From contig CM041465.1 in assembly GCA_023213395.1 (NCBI GenBank), positions 107,081,741-107,145,740 on the forward strand: a DNA stretch of 64,000 nucleotides, in the 5' to 3' direction. Within the stretch, counting starts at the first letter, position 1. Each line of letters starts with the position of its first letter. Positions 13,035-26,330 of this stretch are shown here, piece after piece. The notes below the pieces were generated by a model that was not told where the DNA came from, ran no database searches, and was given only the letters and a program-made list of their open reading frames with translations. Source of the stretch: Cycas panzhihuaensis. Its lineage: Eukaryota; Plantae; Cycadophyta. The translations under genes and the position numbers were made by a program.

Positions 13035-13765
13035 TGTTGCAGTTATATTTGACATCGTGCATTTAGAAAAAGGAATATATGAAGAACCAGTGGTCATTTT
13101 GGTAGAATAGTCAATTGGAATACATTTAGGATAGGGAATGAATGGAATAGAGCTAGAAATATAGTCCATCTCGTCACAGGAATGGATGCTGTGTAGTAGG
13201 AATGCACCGAAACAGAGAAGGAACAAATGTTGGACAAAAGGAATGGATGCTCAGTAGAAAGAACACAACAAGTAGATTAGAATGGTTATAATATGGATGT
13301 GATACATGGACAACCATATGGATGAAAGAATGATTAAAGGATTCATAAAGTTATTAGGGATGAATAGGCATCCATTCAGAAGAATGGACGATTGTGACTA
13401 TAGACGTAACCATTTCGTTACAGGAATGGACATGGTATTTAAACATATTCACTCATTAGGATGGATGTGAGAGCCCAGTTAGTGATTCTAGCGGTACTTG
13501 ATTTGGTACGTTAGACCAATGAGACTGAATGGACCTTGTATGATGTAATCTTGACTTTTGTCTAATAGAATAAAAGAGTTATGTGGAAAAACATGTGTAC
13601 TCATTAAGGAATGCATGGTGAATATATGTGTATGCATTACTTATGCACTTATGTGGCTTAATAAATGAAGAATATGTGTGTTGACCACTTGAACACACCC
13701 TAGACTATAGTGGAAACCCTTGACAAGTGAAGATTTACAATAGGGAGGAATCATTTAAGTCAACA
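13035..13765 (+). repeat. Gypsy-A 3' LTR
   Basis: Same termini as the 5' LTR; carries ~21 extra bp at ~13695-13715. Confidence 0.95.
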
Positions 13766-15097
13766 CTTGGCTCTTTTTTCTAGTCCACTTTGTATTTTCT
13801 ATAAGACCAATTATGTTGTCTAGTATGAACCTTCCCTTAATAAAACTTGCTTGTTTAGGCCTAACAATCTCCATTAGTAGGCCTTAGATTTATTTGGAAA
13901 GTGCCTTTGTAAGGATCTTGTATAAAACATTTAGTAACATAATGGGTCTCTAATTGGAAATAGACTCTAGGTCTGCACCTTTGGGATGAGCTTAATGGAG
14001 TCTCTATTGATTATTTTCTTAATAGTCTCACCTTGAACTTACCCTAGTATACTTCAAGTAGGATAGGTCCAATGAAATCCCAAGTGGCCTTATAAAATTT
14101 AGAAGGTAAACCATTTGGGCCTAAGGACTTGTTATTGGCCATCACTTGAATTGCCTCTGTCAATTCCTTGAGATTGAGTGGGGCATGACATATCGCTCTC
14201 TAGGTTTTTAGGACTTCCCGCAAAATAGTCAATAAGCATTCTTTCTTGGCATCCTCCACAATTGGCAGATGGGATTGTGCTTTGAAGACCTAGGAAAAGT
14301 GATTAACCAACTCTCTAAAGTCTCTTACATGGATGTTAAGCACTTATTCTCTATATTTATAGGAGTTATTTTTTCATTGTTTTGCTTGCACTTCAAGGAT
14401 CAGAAGAAGAATTATGAACATTTATCTCCCTCTTTGATCCAATGCATTCTTTCTCTAATTTTGGCCCATTGGAAAGATTTGTGACCAACTTTTGCTTATC
14501 GTCATCAAAAGGGTTCTTCTCAAGATCTTGCCTAACCTCTGTGAGTTTCCTGGTGTTAGAGAGATATAAGTGTCTCTTAATGAGAGCCACCTGCTTACCA
14601 TACCCTCGAAGGAACAAAGTTGTGTAGTCAATAATCTTCGTCCACCAAGTAATTCAACCCTTGTCACCAATTGGCTATGGATTGAGGAGCCAAATTTGTT
14701 AGATGGTTGAGAGTCATAACTTAGATTTGAGATGTGAGGTGTTCAACTTGAAGATTGAATGACTTGGTTTGGCTCTCTCTTCCCCCCAAGTGATGCTAAA
14801 AGCGATGGGATGATGATCAGACATAAGGGTATTGTTCACCACCCTGACAGAATGAAAGTGGCCTTGCGCAAACTTAAAATGCTTGCTTGAGGATAATCTT
14901 TCCCAATTAAGTCTCTTCAAGATTCTATCCTTATTATGCATGGTGCCATCTAAAAGTCTTGCCTCCTATCTTTTCATCCAAGGGCTTTAACAAGTCCCCA
15001 TAGGCGACACATGTAACATTGGGCAAGTTTACATGCAACCAACTCTAATGGATGGTCCTTTCATTGGGAAGGTTGGGTACATAGAAAGTGAGAATGC
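13766..15097 (-). mobile_element. L1-type LINE, fragment 3 (endonuclease C-terminus, linker, RT N-terminus)
   Basis: SDHHPI and FKLNTS motifs (ORF 14714-14941), NKSLGPNG (~14105-14140), N*RPIMLLNVLYKIL (~13915-13955) and QASFIKGRFILDNI (~13805-13855). This reads directly into fragment 4 across the Gypsy-A insertion. Confidence 0.9.
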
Positions 15098-15120
15098 TGT
15101 TACGAACCTAGTTTGTAACC

Positions 15121-18100
15121 TTATTATCCTTGTTTAACCAATCCTTCAATTGAGCTAATTGATAACTGTATAATGCCTAATATGGGGCCATTTTAATGGA
15201 TGAATGGTAAGAAAAATTATACCAGGCTTTAGCTAAATGTAGCCATTTGACCCCTAAATTTTGTTTATCTGCTACATAATTCTGCAAGTAATTTTTTAAA
15301 TATTTATTAACCACTTCAGTTTATCCATGTGTTTATGGATGATAATTGGTACTCATTTCTAATTTTATAACCACTTGTCAAAACATTCTTGCTAGAAATG
15401 GATTAAGAATTTGGGATCTCAGTTGCTAATAATTGTTTATGGAAATCCATGTAATTTGTGAATTTCTTTGACAAATACTTTGACCAATTACTGGGTTTTA
15501 TAATTACATTGAATAAAATGAGCAGAGATTGTCAAACGATCCATAATCATATAAATAACATCTTTCCCTTCTGATTTTGGTAGACCGATGATAAAATCCA
15601 TGCTAATACTTTCCCATTTTTGTTGTAGAATAGGAAGAGGATGGAGCAATCCAGGAGTAGTAGTACATTCATATTTATTGGCCTGGCAAATTGTGTGTTC
15701 AGTTACAAATTTCTTAATTTCCTCTTTCATTTCTTTTTAGAAAAATGATTGTTTAGCTCAAAGATATATTTTATAAAACCCTTCATGTCCTATTGTAGGT
15801 ATTATATATGCTTCATTTATTATCTTGACACATAAGGTTGAGTTTGCGCCTAAGAATATTTATCCTTTATACCATAAAATATCATTTCTCCATTCAAATT
15901 TGTCTTCTTTACCTTATTGAATTCTTTGAATAAGTTGTTGAATGTTAGGATCTTTTATATATTCTGATTGTAATTCCATGATCCACACTGGTTCTATCAC
16001 AAAGACAGCTTTTAGTTGAGATTCTGTACTTTCTTCATCTTTGCGAGATAATGCATCAACTACCACATTATTATTACCCTTGTTGTATGTTATGTTAAAA
16101 TCAAATGCTTGAATTTTACTTAGCCATTTTATTATTCAGGAGATAACTCTTTTTATTTTAATAAATATTGTAAACTGTTATGATCTGTCTCGACTATAAA
16201 TTTGCTACCTAATAGATATTGACGCCATTTAACCAAATCATGTATAATGGCTAACATTTCCTTATCATAGGTAGATTTGGGAATTTCTCTGTTGTTTAGC
16301 TTTCTACTCTCAAATACAATGGGTTTTCCTTCTTGCATTAGTACTATGATGATTCGTGTTCTAGATGCATCACATTCTATTATAAAAGTTTTAGAAAAAT
16401 CAAGTGATGTTAGCATGAGTAATTGGTTCATTATTAGCTTAACTTGTTCAAAACACTTTATCACTTCTTCATTCCATTGGAAAGAATCCCTTTTTAATAA
16501 ACAAGTTAAGGCAGCTATTTTTTGTGCATAAATTTTAACAAAACGTTGATAATACCCTGTTAATCCTAAAAATCCTTGGAGCTTCCTAATATTTTTGGGT
16601 ATCAACCATTTTTGAATTGCCTTGACTTTCCCTGTATCAGCTCTAATTCCTTCTTTTGAGATGAGATGACCCAGATATTTTATTTCTTTCATCCCAAAAT
16701 AACATTTTTATTTATTAGCATAGAATTTTTGTTCCTTTATTCTTCCTATTTTTTGCTGAAAACTAATATGTCATCAAAGAAAATTAAGACAAATTTTCAT
16801 AGGAAGGGCTTCAGAACCTTATTCATTATAGCTTGGAATGTGGCTGGTGCATTGGTTAATCCAAAGGATATTACTTTGAATTTATAATGACCATGGTACG
16901 TACTGAAAGTTGTTTTGTACGTATCTTCTGGTTTAATACGAATTTGATGGTAATCCAACTTTAGATCTATTTTTGAAAAATATTCTACGCCTTGTAATTA
17001 ATCTAGTAATTCATCGATTCTTGGTATTGGGAATTTAGTTTTTATTGTAACTTTATTTAGTGCTCGGTAGTCTATGCACATACGATAAGATCCATCTTTT
17101 TCTCTTACTATGATTACAAGAGCTGCAAAAGGGTTTTTACTAGGAGTTATTACTCCTAAATCTAATAATTCTAGGATAATTTTTTTCAATTTCATTCTGA
17201 TAATGATGTGGTTGTTTATAAAGTAGAATAATAATCGGATTAGTACCTGCTTCAAGTTCAATTTAATGTTCAAATCCCTTATCTGGAGGTAATTCTATTG
17301 GAATATTTTAGAAAATTTCTTTATGTTTTTGAACAACTTTTTAAAGCTCATTTCCTTGTGTGGTTGGCTTTATTTTTGCCTGGATAGAAAAGAGTTGAGC
17401 CATAATACCACGATATCCTTTCTTGATTAATTTTTCCATTCGTTTATAAGATATTAGTTGGCTATTCCCTAGTTTCTCTCCTTGAAGGATAATAATCCTT
17501 CCTTCTTTCTTATATCTCATAAATAATTCCTCAAGGTTCATTTCAAAAGTTCCCAAGGTTCTCAACCATTGGCTTCCTAGCACAATATCTACTCCACCCA
17601 CATCAAGTACATAAAAATTTTCTTTAATAATAACATTGCCTACTGAGATCTTAAGGTTTTTCATCAGTCCTTATCCAGAGATAACTTGACGACCCCCAAC
17701 ACTTACTTGAAAAGGTGTTGTTTTGGATGGAAATAGTTTTAAGTGTTGAGCTGAGATTCAATTAATAAAATTATGTGTACTTCTAGGATCGACGAAGATT
17801 GCAATAGCCTAATTTTTAACAAATCCTTATACTTTAAGTGTATTAGATCTTGTAAGATCGCTCATAACTGAAAATGACATTTTTAAGATATCCTCCTCCT
17901 GATTATATTGGTCATCCTGAGTTTCTAGAGAATTTTCTTGGTTGCTTTATGTATTGTTTTCTTCTTCTTCCATTTCTTCTTTATTAGTAACTAGGGATAA
18001 TTCGATTGTATATAGCTGATTCTTTTAACATTTGTGATTCGGTATCCATTTTTTGGCACACCTAAAGCAGAGGCTTTTCTTTCGTAAAGCTTCTTGATTG

Positions 18101-18860
18101 AATCTTGTCCTCTGAAGTATCAATTTAGTTGGTCGAGTGAATCTATTAGGCACTAGACCCTGTCATATTGTTGAAGGAGGATTAGATCGCACAAAAGGAG
18201 GAATGTAGGGTCTTGTTCTTGCTTTCCATAACTCATTAACTTTTCCTTCCTATATTTTGGTAAGTTGTATGGCCTTATTCAGATCTTGAGGTTCTTGAAT
18301 TTTGACGTTTGCTTGGATTTCAATGGTTAAGACATCTATATATAATTAAGTAAGTCTATTCATGGGAATGTCTTCTAAAACGTAACTTAATTTTGTGAAT
18401 GCTACACAGTATTCTTCCACAGAGTCAGTTTGTTTTAATCTTTATAACTCACAATAATAATTGTGATTAGATATAGTTTCAAACTATTCGATGAATAAAT
18501 ACACAAACTCTTTTCAGGTTGAAAGTTGAGTATGAAAATAGGTTCGTTCGAGACACTGCTACCATTCACATGCTATTCCATCCATGTGTAGGGTGTCTAA
18601 GGGAACTTGCTTTGTTGGTTCAATCTCCACTGAGCGAAAGTAGTTTTCCATTTGTTGGATCCATACTCTCAGCTCATGTGATTTTTACTCCATACTAAAA
18701 CATTGTACAGCAATATTTTTTAAACATTTTCTTTTTCTGTATTTGAATACTTTGTAAGAAGTTGAAGTATGATTGAAAACCCATTATCTTCTATTTCTCA
18801 GGAGTTAAATTTTGGTATTTATTAAGATATTTTCTTATAGCTTTATTTTTAAAATTAATT
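15121..18860 (-). pseudogene. pol: Chromovirus-type gag-pol, decayed and truncated within integrase
   Basis: Gag WIQQMENYF; PR VDPRSTHNFIN and DIVLGSQWL; [14 protein letters not shown] and IFFDDIL; RH IECDAS; INT WESISMDFIIGLP. Confidence 0.92.
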
Positions 18861-20795
18861 AGAGACATCTGAGGACCCAATTGATTTCTGTAGTTTGATG
18901 TATGATATGTGATTGACGACTCATTTCTTCATCTTTTAAATGAGGAACAATCATATCTTCCTTTTTACTTGTTACTATGATTATTAATTTATCCAAACTT
19001 TGGTGTAAAGTATGATTCAAGAGGGTGTTTGATGTCTGGTCTGCATCATGAACTACTTGAGTAATTGGTTCAACGATATCTTTTTGGATGGTATTGTCCG
19101 CCATTTCTTTCTCACTCATTACTTTAATGATTGTGTAAGTACGATTCCACTGATTGTCTATCATGTTTAATTCTTCCAGGGAATTAGCTGGCATATACTT
19201 CTTTGGTTACCCTGCCTTATCTCCATTTTCAAGTGCATACATTTTGTAGTATAGGTGAAAATCTTGATACTCACAATAATCAATATTTTTATTAAGTTAC
19301 AGAATATAGTTTGATATAATAGTGTGGTAACCTATACTTGATAGAGGTCCAAATTAATGGAGGAGTATAGTCAAATTATATATAAAATACTTACATGAAG
19401 AGATAGTAAAAATATAAATTAATTGTATGAGCAATGTGATTTGACACGTGATTATAAATAATTTTATGTTAAATAATAATATGAATAATTATAAGATAAA
19501 TATGAAGAAATAATATATAATATATAAATACGTGATATATAAGAGTTGATAGTAATATGAAAAGGTGATTATATCATATATTTTACTGTGTATGAATGAT
19601 GGTATGGATGTTAAGTGATAAATGCGAATATTTATAAATGAATATGAATAAGCGTTGTGTAATATATTTATACTATTGAGATATATATAGTCTGTTAACG
19701 AATTATAGTGTCTATGATTTAAGCGATGATATAATATATATCATATCCCTTATGAGTAAGGGTGTGAACATTAAATAATGATATAAATAATTATAAAGTA
19801 AATGTGAAAGTTAGATATACTAAAACTATTAAAAATATATTGTGAATATGTAGGATATAGACGTTGATATTTCTTAGTATAAAGGGAAGTGTATATATAT
19901 ATGAATGAATGATATACTATGGTTTATAAGGTGATGTAGTTTATGCAATACTTCTTGATGGAGAATGACAAACCTACTGTGGGTTCAAGATGGGATGAAA
20001 GATAGGGAAAATGTTAGACTAGAAAGAAATGGCAATCCACAGAGGATGGGGGAAGTATAGAGGATGCAATAAAGGATGGAAAGGAATGTCATGCAATGGA
20101 GGATGCAACAGAGGATGGACAAGAATGTTGAAGTTGCTATTACTATGTGATTTCTAGGCGGTTATGATCTAACAACTTCAGTCACTTATTTCAACAGATT
20201 AATTAAGCAAATGTTTTGGTGGCGTACCCAACTTTTAAACCTCAAAGTTGCTCGGACATAATCTCATGTCGATGCTCACTAGATTAACTGTCATATCTTG
20301 GGGGAAACGTCACTTGTTTCCAGTCCAGATTTACTCAGTTGCCCTACTTCACTAGACTTCAACTACTGCTAAAGGAAATGCCACTCGTTGCTAGTTTGGA
20401 TTTATTCAATCAACTTAATTCACTAGACTTTAACTACGAAGCAACCAATGAGTTACTCAGCTAATGTGCTGCGATACTACGATGGTTACATAGTCATTTT
20501 CTTCTTCGGATTATTTTATTCTATGTCCAGATCACAATTGCTTTGTTCAAATAGGTCAATATATATTTTGAGGCACCTCTAATGGTAGCTTAGGTTGTAT
20601 TCTTCTTTGTCCAACTCAGTTATATTGACCTTTGTGCCGTGTGTAGATCAATGATAAGTGTTGTACTAATACCTTTAATGGATGTTATATAATTTGAAAC
20701 AAGAAGCTTGAATAACAAGGATGATATGCTCCCAAACACCAATAGTATTTTCACTTGTGCCTTTGAATGTTTATTTCCCACAGAGCAGGAAGATT

Positions 20796-20807
20796 ACTCT
20801 GATACCA
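20796..20807 (-). promoter_or_regulatory. Primer binding site, tRNA-iMet
   Basis: TGGTATCAGAGT on the minus strand, 2 nt from the LTR. Confidence 0.9.
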
Positions 20808-20809
20808 CT

Positions 20810-21057
20810 TATTATGAACCCAGTTTATAACTTGAGGATGATTATCAAATCTAGTAGAGAAACACATGAATGCACGAAAGGAATTAATAAGTAAAGACTT
20901 TATATATTCAATTGATAAAAGATAAATGATGGTTACAACATGTTGAGGGCCACATTTATAGGTATATTGGGCCCTTTGTCATCAAAAGTCATATCTATTC
21001 AACACAACCCTTTAATTGATATAATTGATTAATTAGCTCTTAAGGAGGTACATAACA
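20810..21057 (-). repeat. Chromovirus-type element 5' LTR
   Basis: Plus-strand ends TATTATGAACC...CATAACA; the left end matches TGTTACGAACCTAGTTTGTAAC at 15098; adjacent to the PBS. Confidence 0.85.
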
Positions 21058-21601
21058 AATGGCGAACAGTTTATTATCGTGCCTAACAACAAGCCACACA
21101 CACCTATTCTATGGATTTGAGCCATGCATGATGATGTGCTTACTCCACAGTGGTTTGAGCAATATATGCATGTCACCTTGTCCCTCATCATGTACTATGG
21201 AGAAAGGGATGGCATCATTCCAAATATATGTAGCCAAAAACTTAAGATTACTACTAGAACATTTAACTTCCTACAAGTGAAGGACATCTAAACCTACAAA
21301 CACTTTATAAAATTTCTTGATCACTATACATCTACATTGGTCAACTAAACTCCTGACATTCTAACTAATGATGTTTATCATGCATCTTTTTAACATCCAT
21401 GTTGTTGCCCCTCCCCATTCGAACTATTAGTTGGACTCACAGGAATTGTTGGAAGACTTGGATCGCTTAATGATCGAGTTAGAACAAGCCTTGATAGAGA
21501 CTTCTCCATTCTCCTCCTCAATATGCCTCAAAGCCTTTAGAGTTTTGGGTATATCATAGGGAGATATAGCTTTGGGTGTAATTGAAGGAGGCATTACAAA
21601 C
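21058..21601 (-). mobile_element. L1-type LINE, fragment 2 (ORF1 end and ORF2 start with APE endonuclease N-terminus)
   Basis: From ATG at 21381: MINIIS*NVRSL...DVLHL*EVK, matching the SWNVRGL / D...LQETK motifs of APE endonucleases. Confidence 0.85.
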
Positions 21602-22244
21602 TGTGCGTCTCTCTTCACATCCCTAACTAACATGCATAATTCACCACAAGAAAAGAGATATAGTATTGATGGAAACATCAATAACTAACTTTATCCATGA
21701 TATAAAGGGCATTTCATCTGGTCCTCTCACAACCAAATGTATGCCTAAGTAATTACAGCTAGAGGACAACCCACACAATGCGTGGATTCTAGCCCAGATC
21801 AACTAGACACATACACAATCGATTGATTATTGAATATATATCTATTCTATTTCTTTATATACAATTGATACATAGTTACATAACCGCTTTTTAATTTCAG
21901 TTTTGTCCTATCTCTAACTAATCTGCCCGCTACCCATCTCTGCCCAAGCTACCTTCAGTCAGCCTGAGTTGCACTCAGGTCTGCTGGTTGCACTCCCAAC
22001 AGTAGTCCTTAGTTGCAGTTGCAGTCCTCACAGTTGCAGCTACAGTCCTTATAGTTATAGCCACAATCCTCATACTTGCAGCAATAATCTTCATAGCTGC
22101 AGTTGCAATCCTCATAGTTGCAGCAGCAGTCTTCATAGTTGTAACAATAGTCTTCATAGTTGTAGCAGCAGTCCTCTCCTTAGTTGTAGCCACAGTCTTC
22201 ACATTATTGGTTACACCTCAAAATGGTTGTTTAGGCCACACACA
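21602..22244 (-). repeat. Gypsy-B 3' LTR with 21-bp tandem array (~22000-22210)
   Basis: Colinear with 27912-28532 and about one 21-bp unit longer. Confidence 0.95.
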
Positions 22245-22279
22245 TCTTCCCGACAGCCTCTTTTGAACGAGTGACATAC

Positions 22280-23040
22280 TCATTCACAAAATTTCAAAAT
22301 ATCATTTCGCTTAATTCCTCCTATGAGCTTCCATGATTCTTGCCTTTTCCCTACGTATTCTTGGGCCAATCTTCTCATTTCAACCCCAATTATCCTTGCT
22401 TCTTCCTCCCAAAATATCAAGGTGTCACTTTTAATTACTTCACTTTCCTTCGAGAGTCTAGTAACTGCTACTATCATCTCCTCTGAAATTTGTGCCATTT
22501 CAAGATATTTAGCCAACAAAGGAATGAATTACTACTACTCTCTCTGGTCTTTCTTCCCTTTCTTCCTCCTCCTCCACTAGATCTGTTTTTGGTACAATCC
22601 TGTCTTAATAATCAACTTTTTTTGTTCATCTTTTTCCTTCATGATTTGCCATTTTGCATGAATCCTTAAATCATCATTCTCTCTAATCAGTAGTGTTCTT
22701 GGCATTGTTACTAACTGTTCCCTTGTCGGCTGCAATTTCTTCCTAGGCTACAACTCCCTCACCTGTTGCAACTCCCACTTTCCTTTTATGTCATTCCACC
22801 ACCGCTAGTTTCTTACTATAGTTTCTTCTGCAACTTGTCTGCTATAACTTTTAATTGTTCCATCACTATTGGTTCTTTCTGTAGTTTCTTCAACAACTCG
22901 TCCACTGCAACTTCTAATTGCTTTTCATGCTGCGACAATTATACTCTTATTCCACCTCAAGTGCAACCTCCCACCTTAGTGCTGTAACTGCATCTTAGAT
23001 TCTATGGGCTACTGTCTTGTCCCCTACCATTGTTTTCCCA
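22280..23040 (-). pseudogene. Gypsy-B 3' accessory coiled-coil ORF, decayed
   Basis: E/K/L-rich frame (HEKQLEVAVDELLKKLQKE...LAKYLEMAQISEE) between INT-C and the 3' LTR. Confidence 0.45.
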
Positions 23041-23423
23041 TATAAATTTATTTTATAACTCCTCATATCTGTGTGCCATACTTACACTAGACTTCATCAT
23101 ATCTAGGTAGTTATTGTGGGTTGTTACATATCACATCTATGCTTCCGTTGATTTCCACCCTTCATCATTATCCACGTCTTTCTATGTCCATGTCCCTCAA
23201 TCATTCATTATCGAATTATGTTGATATATGTGCGTCAATTCATGATATCTATAACCACATCACACCTCCTTATGCACATCCACGGCCTTACTTTATGTTC
23301 ACATCATTCCATCTTCCACTAGTAATCATTACTGGTCAAATTAATCCTTGAAGCTTGTAACACCTTTACTAAGGATATTTTCCCCTTAGTTAATGATGTT
23401 CCCACTTTTTAATTTTTTTTAAA

Positions 23424-23790
23424 TTACACTCTATACAATTTTAATCTAGTAGCATTGACTAATTTAGTCAATGGTTGGCCATCCAATTGTTGTAATTTTG
23501 CTGATCCATTATCATGAATACAGTTAATTCTATATGGACCTAACCATCTTATTTTCATTTTTTTAGGTTTAAACTTAAATTTACTATCATATAACAATAC
23601 CAAATCATTTACTTTTAAATTCAGGTTTTTTAAGGTGGAAGTCATGCATGCCTTCTGCCTTTCCCTTTCCACTTTTAATTCCCACAATTCTTGTGCTTTG
23701 GTCTCGTCTAGCTTCATCAATTGAATTAATCGCTGATCATAGGAAACCTCTAGCTCTGCCCTGAGATGCTGAGCCACTCTTAAGCTCTTT
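23424..23790 (-). pseudogene. Integrase C-terminal domain remnant
   Basis: DLVLLYDSKFKFKPKKMKIRWLGPY...LVNATRLKLY (GPY-type module), matching Gypsy-C ~58400-58760. Confidence 0.9.
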
Positions 23791-24199
23791 ACTTGATCTT
23801 ATGAAGTGGCCCTTATCATAAGAGAAGCTACTTGCATTGGAGAACCCACACGCTAGGAACCATCACTTCCTGTCAGTTAGCCATCTTTACCAGTCAGCCC
23901 CCCCCTTAAAAAAACCCTCAACCTTTGGGGATCCATTTCCCCATAAATAGGAGAGCCATAAGAGGTTACATTCCCTTGTGTTTGTGCTTGGGCTTGAAGT
24001 AAGAGTTGTTGCTGTTGTTGAACCATCAGAAGTTGAAACTGTCAAAATTACTGGGGAGACTGCAAGAAAGATTTTTGTCCTTGTTGCACCAAATGTGGAC
24101 GAAGTTGATCAATACTAGTTAATGGCCAACCCTTAAGCGGTAAGGTATTAACCCCTTGATTCATACCTCCTCTACCTTGTTCCAGTTGCTGTTGATCTG

Positions 24200-26330
24200 G
24201 ACACAATTCCATAAGATAACATTTTAAGGACTTATCCCCTATTTCTTCCCGTGCAGATTACAACCAATCTAATAAGTATGCTGATGATGTTTCATTTGGA
24301 ATCTGGGGGGGAGTCTTCATGGCTTGGAATGCCATCTCTAAACAACGACTTATTGTAGTGGCCAAGGTTGTAGTAGTTGAGGACATTATATCTTCCTCCT
24401 CCACTTTTTCAATGTGCAGTCTATCTGAGCAAAGAGGTAATATAGCTTTCTTCCCCTCATAATGTAAAGTAAAGGTCAACTTCCCCTAATCTTATAATAC
24501 CTCTGTTGCTAATAGCCATGGTCGTCCCAAAAGTGTAGGGTATGCTTTATTATAGTTTTGTATTTTAACAACTATAAAATCCAAGCAAACCGTGATTCTC
24601 GCCACCGTCACTGGGATATTCAACAATGATCCCATTGGTTAGACTTGTAATTGATTTTCTAACCGAATTGTATAATCTGGGGAAACCAATTCTGACCATC
24701 ATAGTGAAATCCATGTGGATTCAGGAACTACATTCACTCCTGATCCCCCATCAACTATTGTTTTACAAATCATTATTCCACACAAAGTCATCAAAACTCT
24801 TGGATTAATTGCATCTACCTTCATCACTCGTAATACTGGTTTTTCCATATGATCCAAGATCACTTGCTGGAAATAACCATCTTCCCACCATTTGAAAATA
24901 ACAGTTATTGGAATAGTTATACCTGACTCTATTAGCAATTCCTTTATATCTTGTAATTTCTACCAAGGATTCTTTTCTGATCGCCCATCATGTGCTGGCA
25001 GTCGTCTTTGATACACTTGTCCTTTAAATCAATTTGCTTGCTCCATTTCAGTTAACTGCACCATCTTTGTTGCCTCTTCTATGGCTTCAACCACTTCTTG
25101 CAATGTTTTCTTTTCCACTGTTGGATCAAGGAAGTTCTCTTCATTTACTGCACCTGTGATCCTTCCGCTTCTTGTTTAAATATACATTGGTTTCTCCTTA
25201 TTTGGAAATTTGGTAACCAGATTTGAAGTTTGCACTTTTAGGCCAGATTTGTTTGGGCAATTTACCCACTCATGGTCTACTGGGCTACATTCTTCACAAA
25301 TATAGTCTTTCCCTTACTTCTGCAGTGGACAATCTATCTTGAAATACCCCCATCTCAAACACAAATGACAATGAACTGGCTTTGTCTTGCCTTTGTATTG
25401 TTTAAAGGAAGAATTTTCTTTCTTCTGATAGAAGGATTCTTTCACTGGATTCTTATGATAACATTCCCACATATAGTGGTTTCCTCTCTTACAAATCTCG
25501 TACCATCTTCTCTCCACTTGTTGGAATTCATTTCTAAAATGACCTAGTTATCCACAAGGGGGAGGGCACCATATGTTCTCCTAGGATTTTCCCATTTTTA
25601 ATTTAGCTATCTCAGTCCTTAATTTTTTAATTTCTTCATTCTATTGAGTTATTTCAGCATGCATTACTAAGGGTTGTTATTTTAACATCTCTACCTCCTT
25701 TCTTAAAACTTCAATTTCTGAGATTGTGGTCCATAGAGGTAAGGATGTTTGCCCAACATTATGGGTTCCATTTTGCAGGTTTGCTATCCTTATTTGATTT
25801 TCAAAATGCAATGCTAATTCTTTAACCTGCTCATAACTATTCAAAGGATGAAACATAATTTTCTCCTTCAAATGGGGTAGCAACCTCTATACAAAATACT
25901 TCAGAGACAGCATAGGATTTATTGGTATAAGAGGATCCATTTTATTTAGGATGATTTTAAGTCTACTATCAAAATCATTAACTAACTCACCTAGTACTTG
26001 TCTGATTTCTTCCAAAGCCTAGAATATTGACATTGGATCTCTTAACCACTGAAACCTATCTAAAAATTATGTTTAGACTATTTCCCAAGTCAGATTTATC
26101 TTTGCTATGTACTAGTACCATGCAATTACTGTCCCTTGCAGTGTGGAGAAGAATCTTTCCTTAATTTCCTCTAGATCTTTAATCTTCTTGATCTTCAACA
26201 TATTAGAGAATAAAGCCAAATGGTCTCTAGGATCTCCTGAGCCATCAAATTATAAATGCCCGAACATGGCATCATTCTAGACTATTACATATGGAGGAAC
26301 TGTTTGATTCCCCCCCCCCATTCCATTTTT
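24200..26330 (-). pseudogene. gag: Gypsy-B gag-protease, decayed
   Basis: F.GSGDPRDHLALF capsid motif; knuckles CKRGNHYMWEC and CHLCLRWGYFKIDC; PR TIVDGGSGVNV and LLGRPWL. Confidence 0.9.

Larger units (their letters stand above)
3736..13765 (+). mobile_element. Ty3/gypsy LTR retrotransposon (Gypsy-A, non-chromovirus type), full length, decayed
   Basis: Direct LTRs with TGTTG...AACA ends, PBS, domain order gag-PR-RT-RH-INT, and a diverged 5-bp TSD (TTTAG / CTTGG). It interrupts the LINE RT. Confidence 0.95.
15098..21057 (-). mobile_element. Ty3/gypsy chromovirus-type LTR retrotransposon with 3' deletion
   Basis: 5' LTR 20810-21057; Met PBS; gag, PR, RT, RH and INT motifs. Only ~23 bp of the 3' LTR remain (15098-15120). 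TSD AATGC / AATGG. Confidence 0.92.

Noticed and set aside
21969-22274. Cys/His/Ser-rich (metallothionein-like) ORF, also 28278-28541 and the LVAP-repeat ORFs 43749-44042 and 44462-44908
   Set aside because: By-products of translating the 21-bp LTR repeats.
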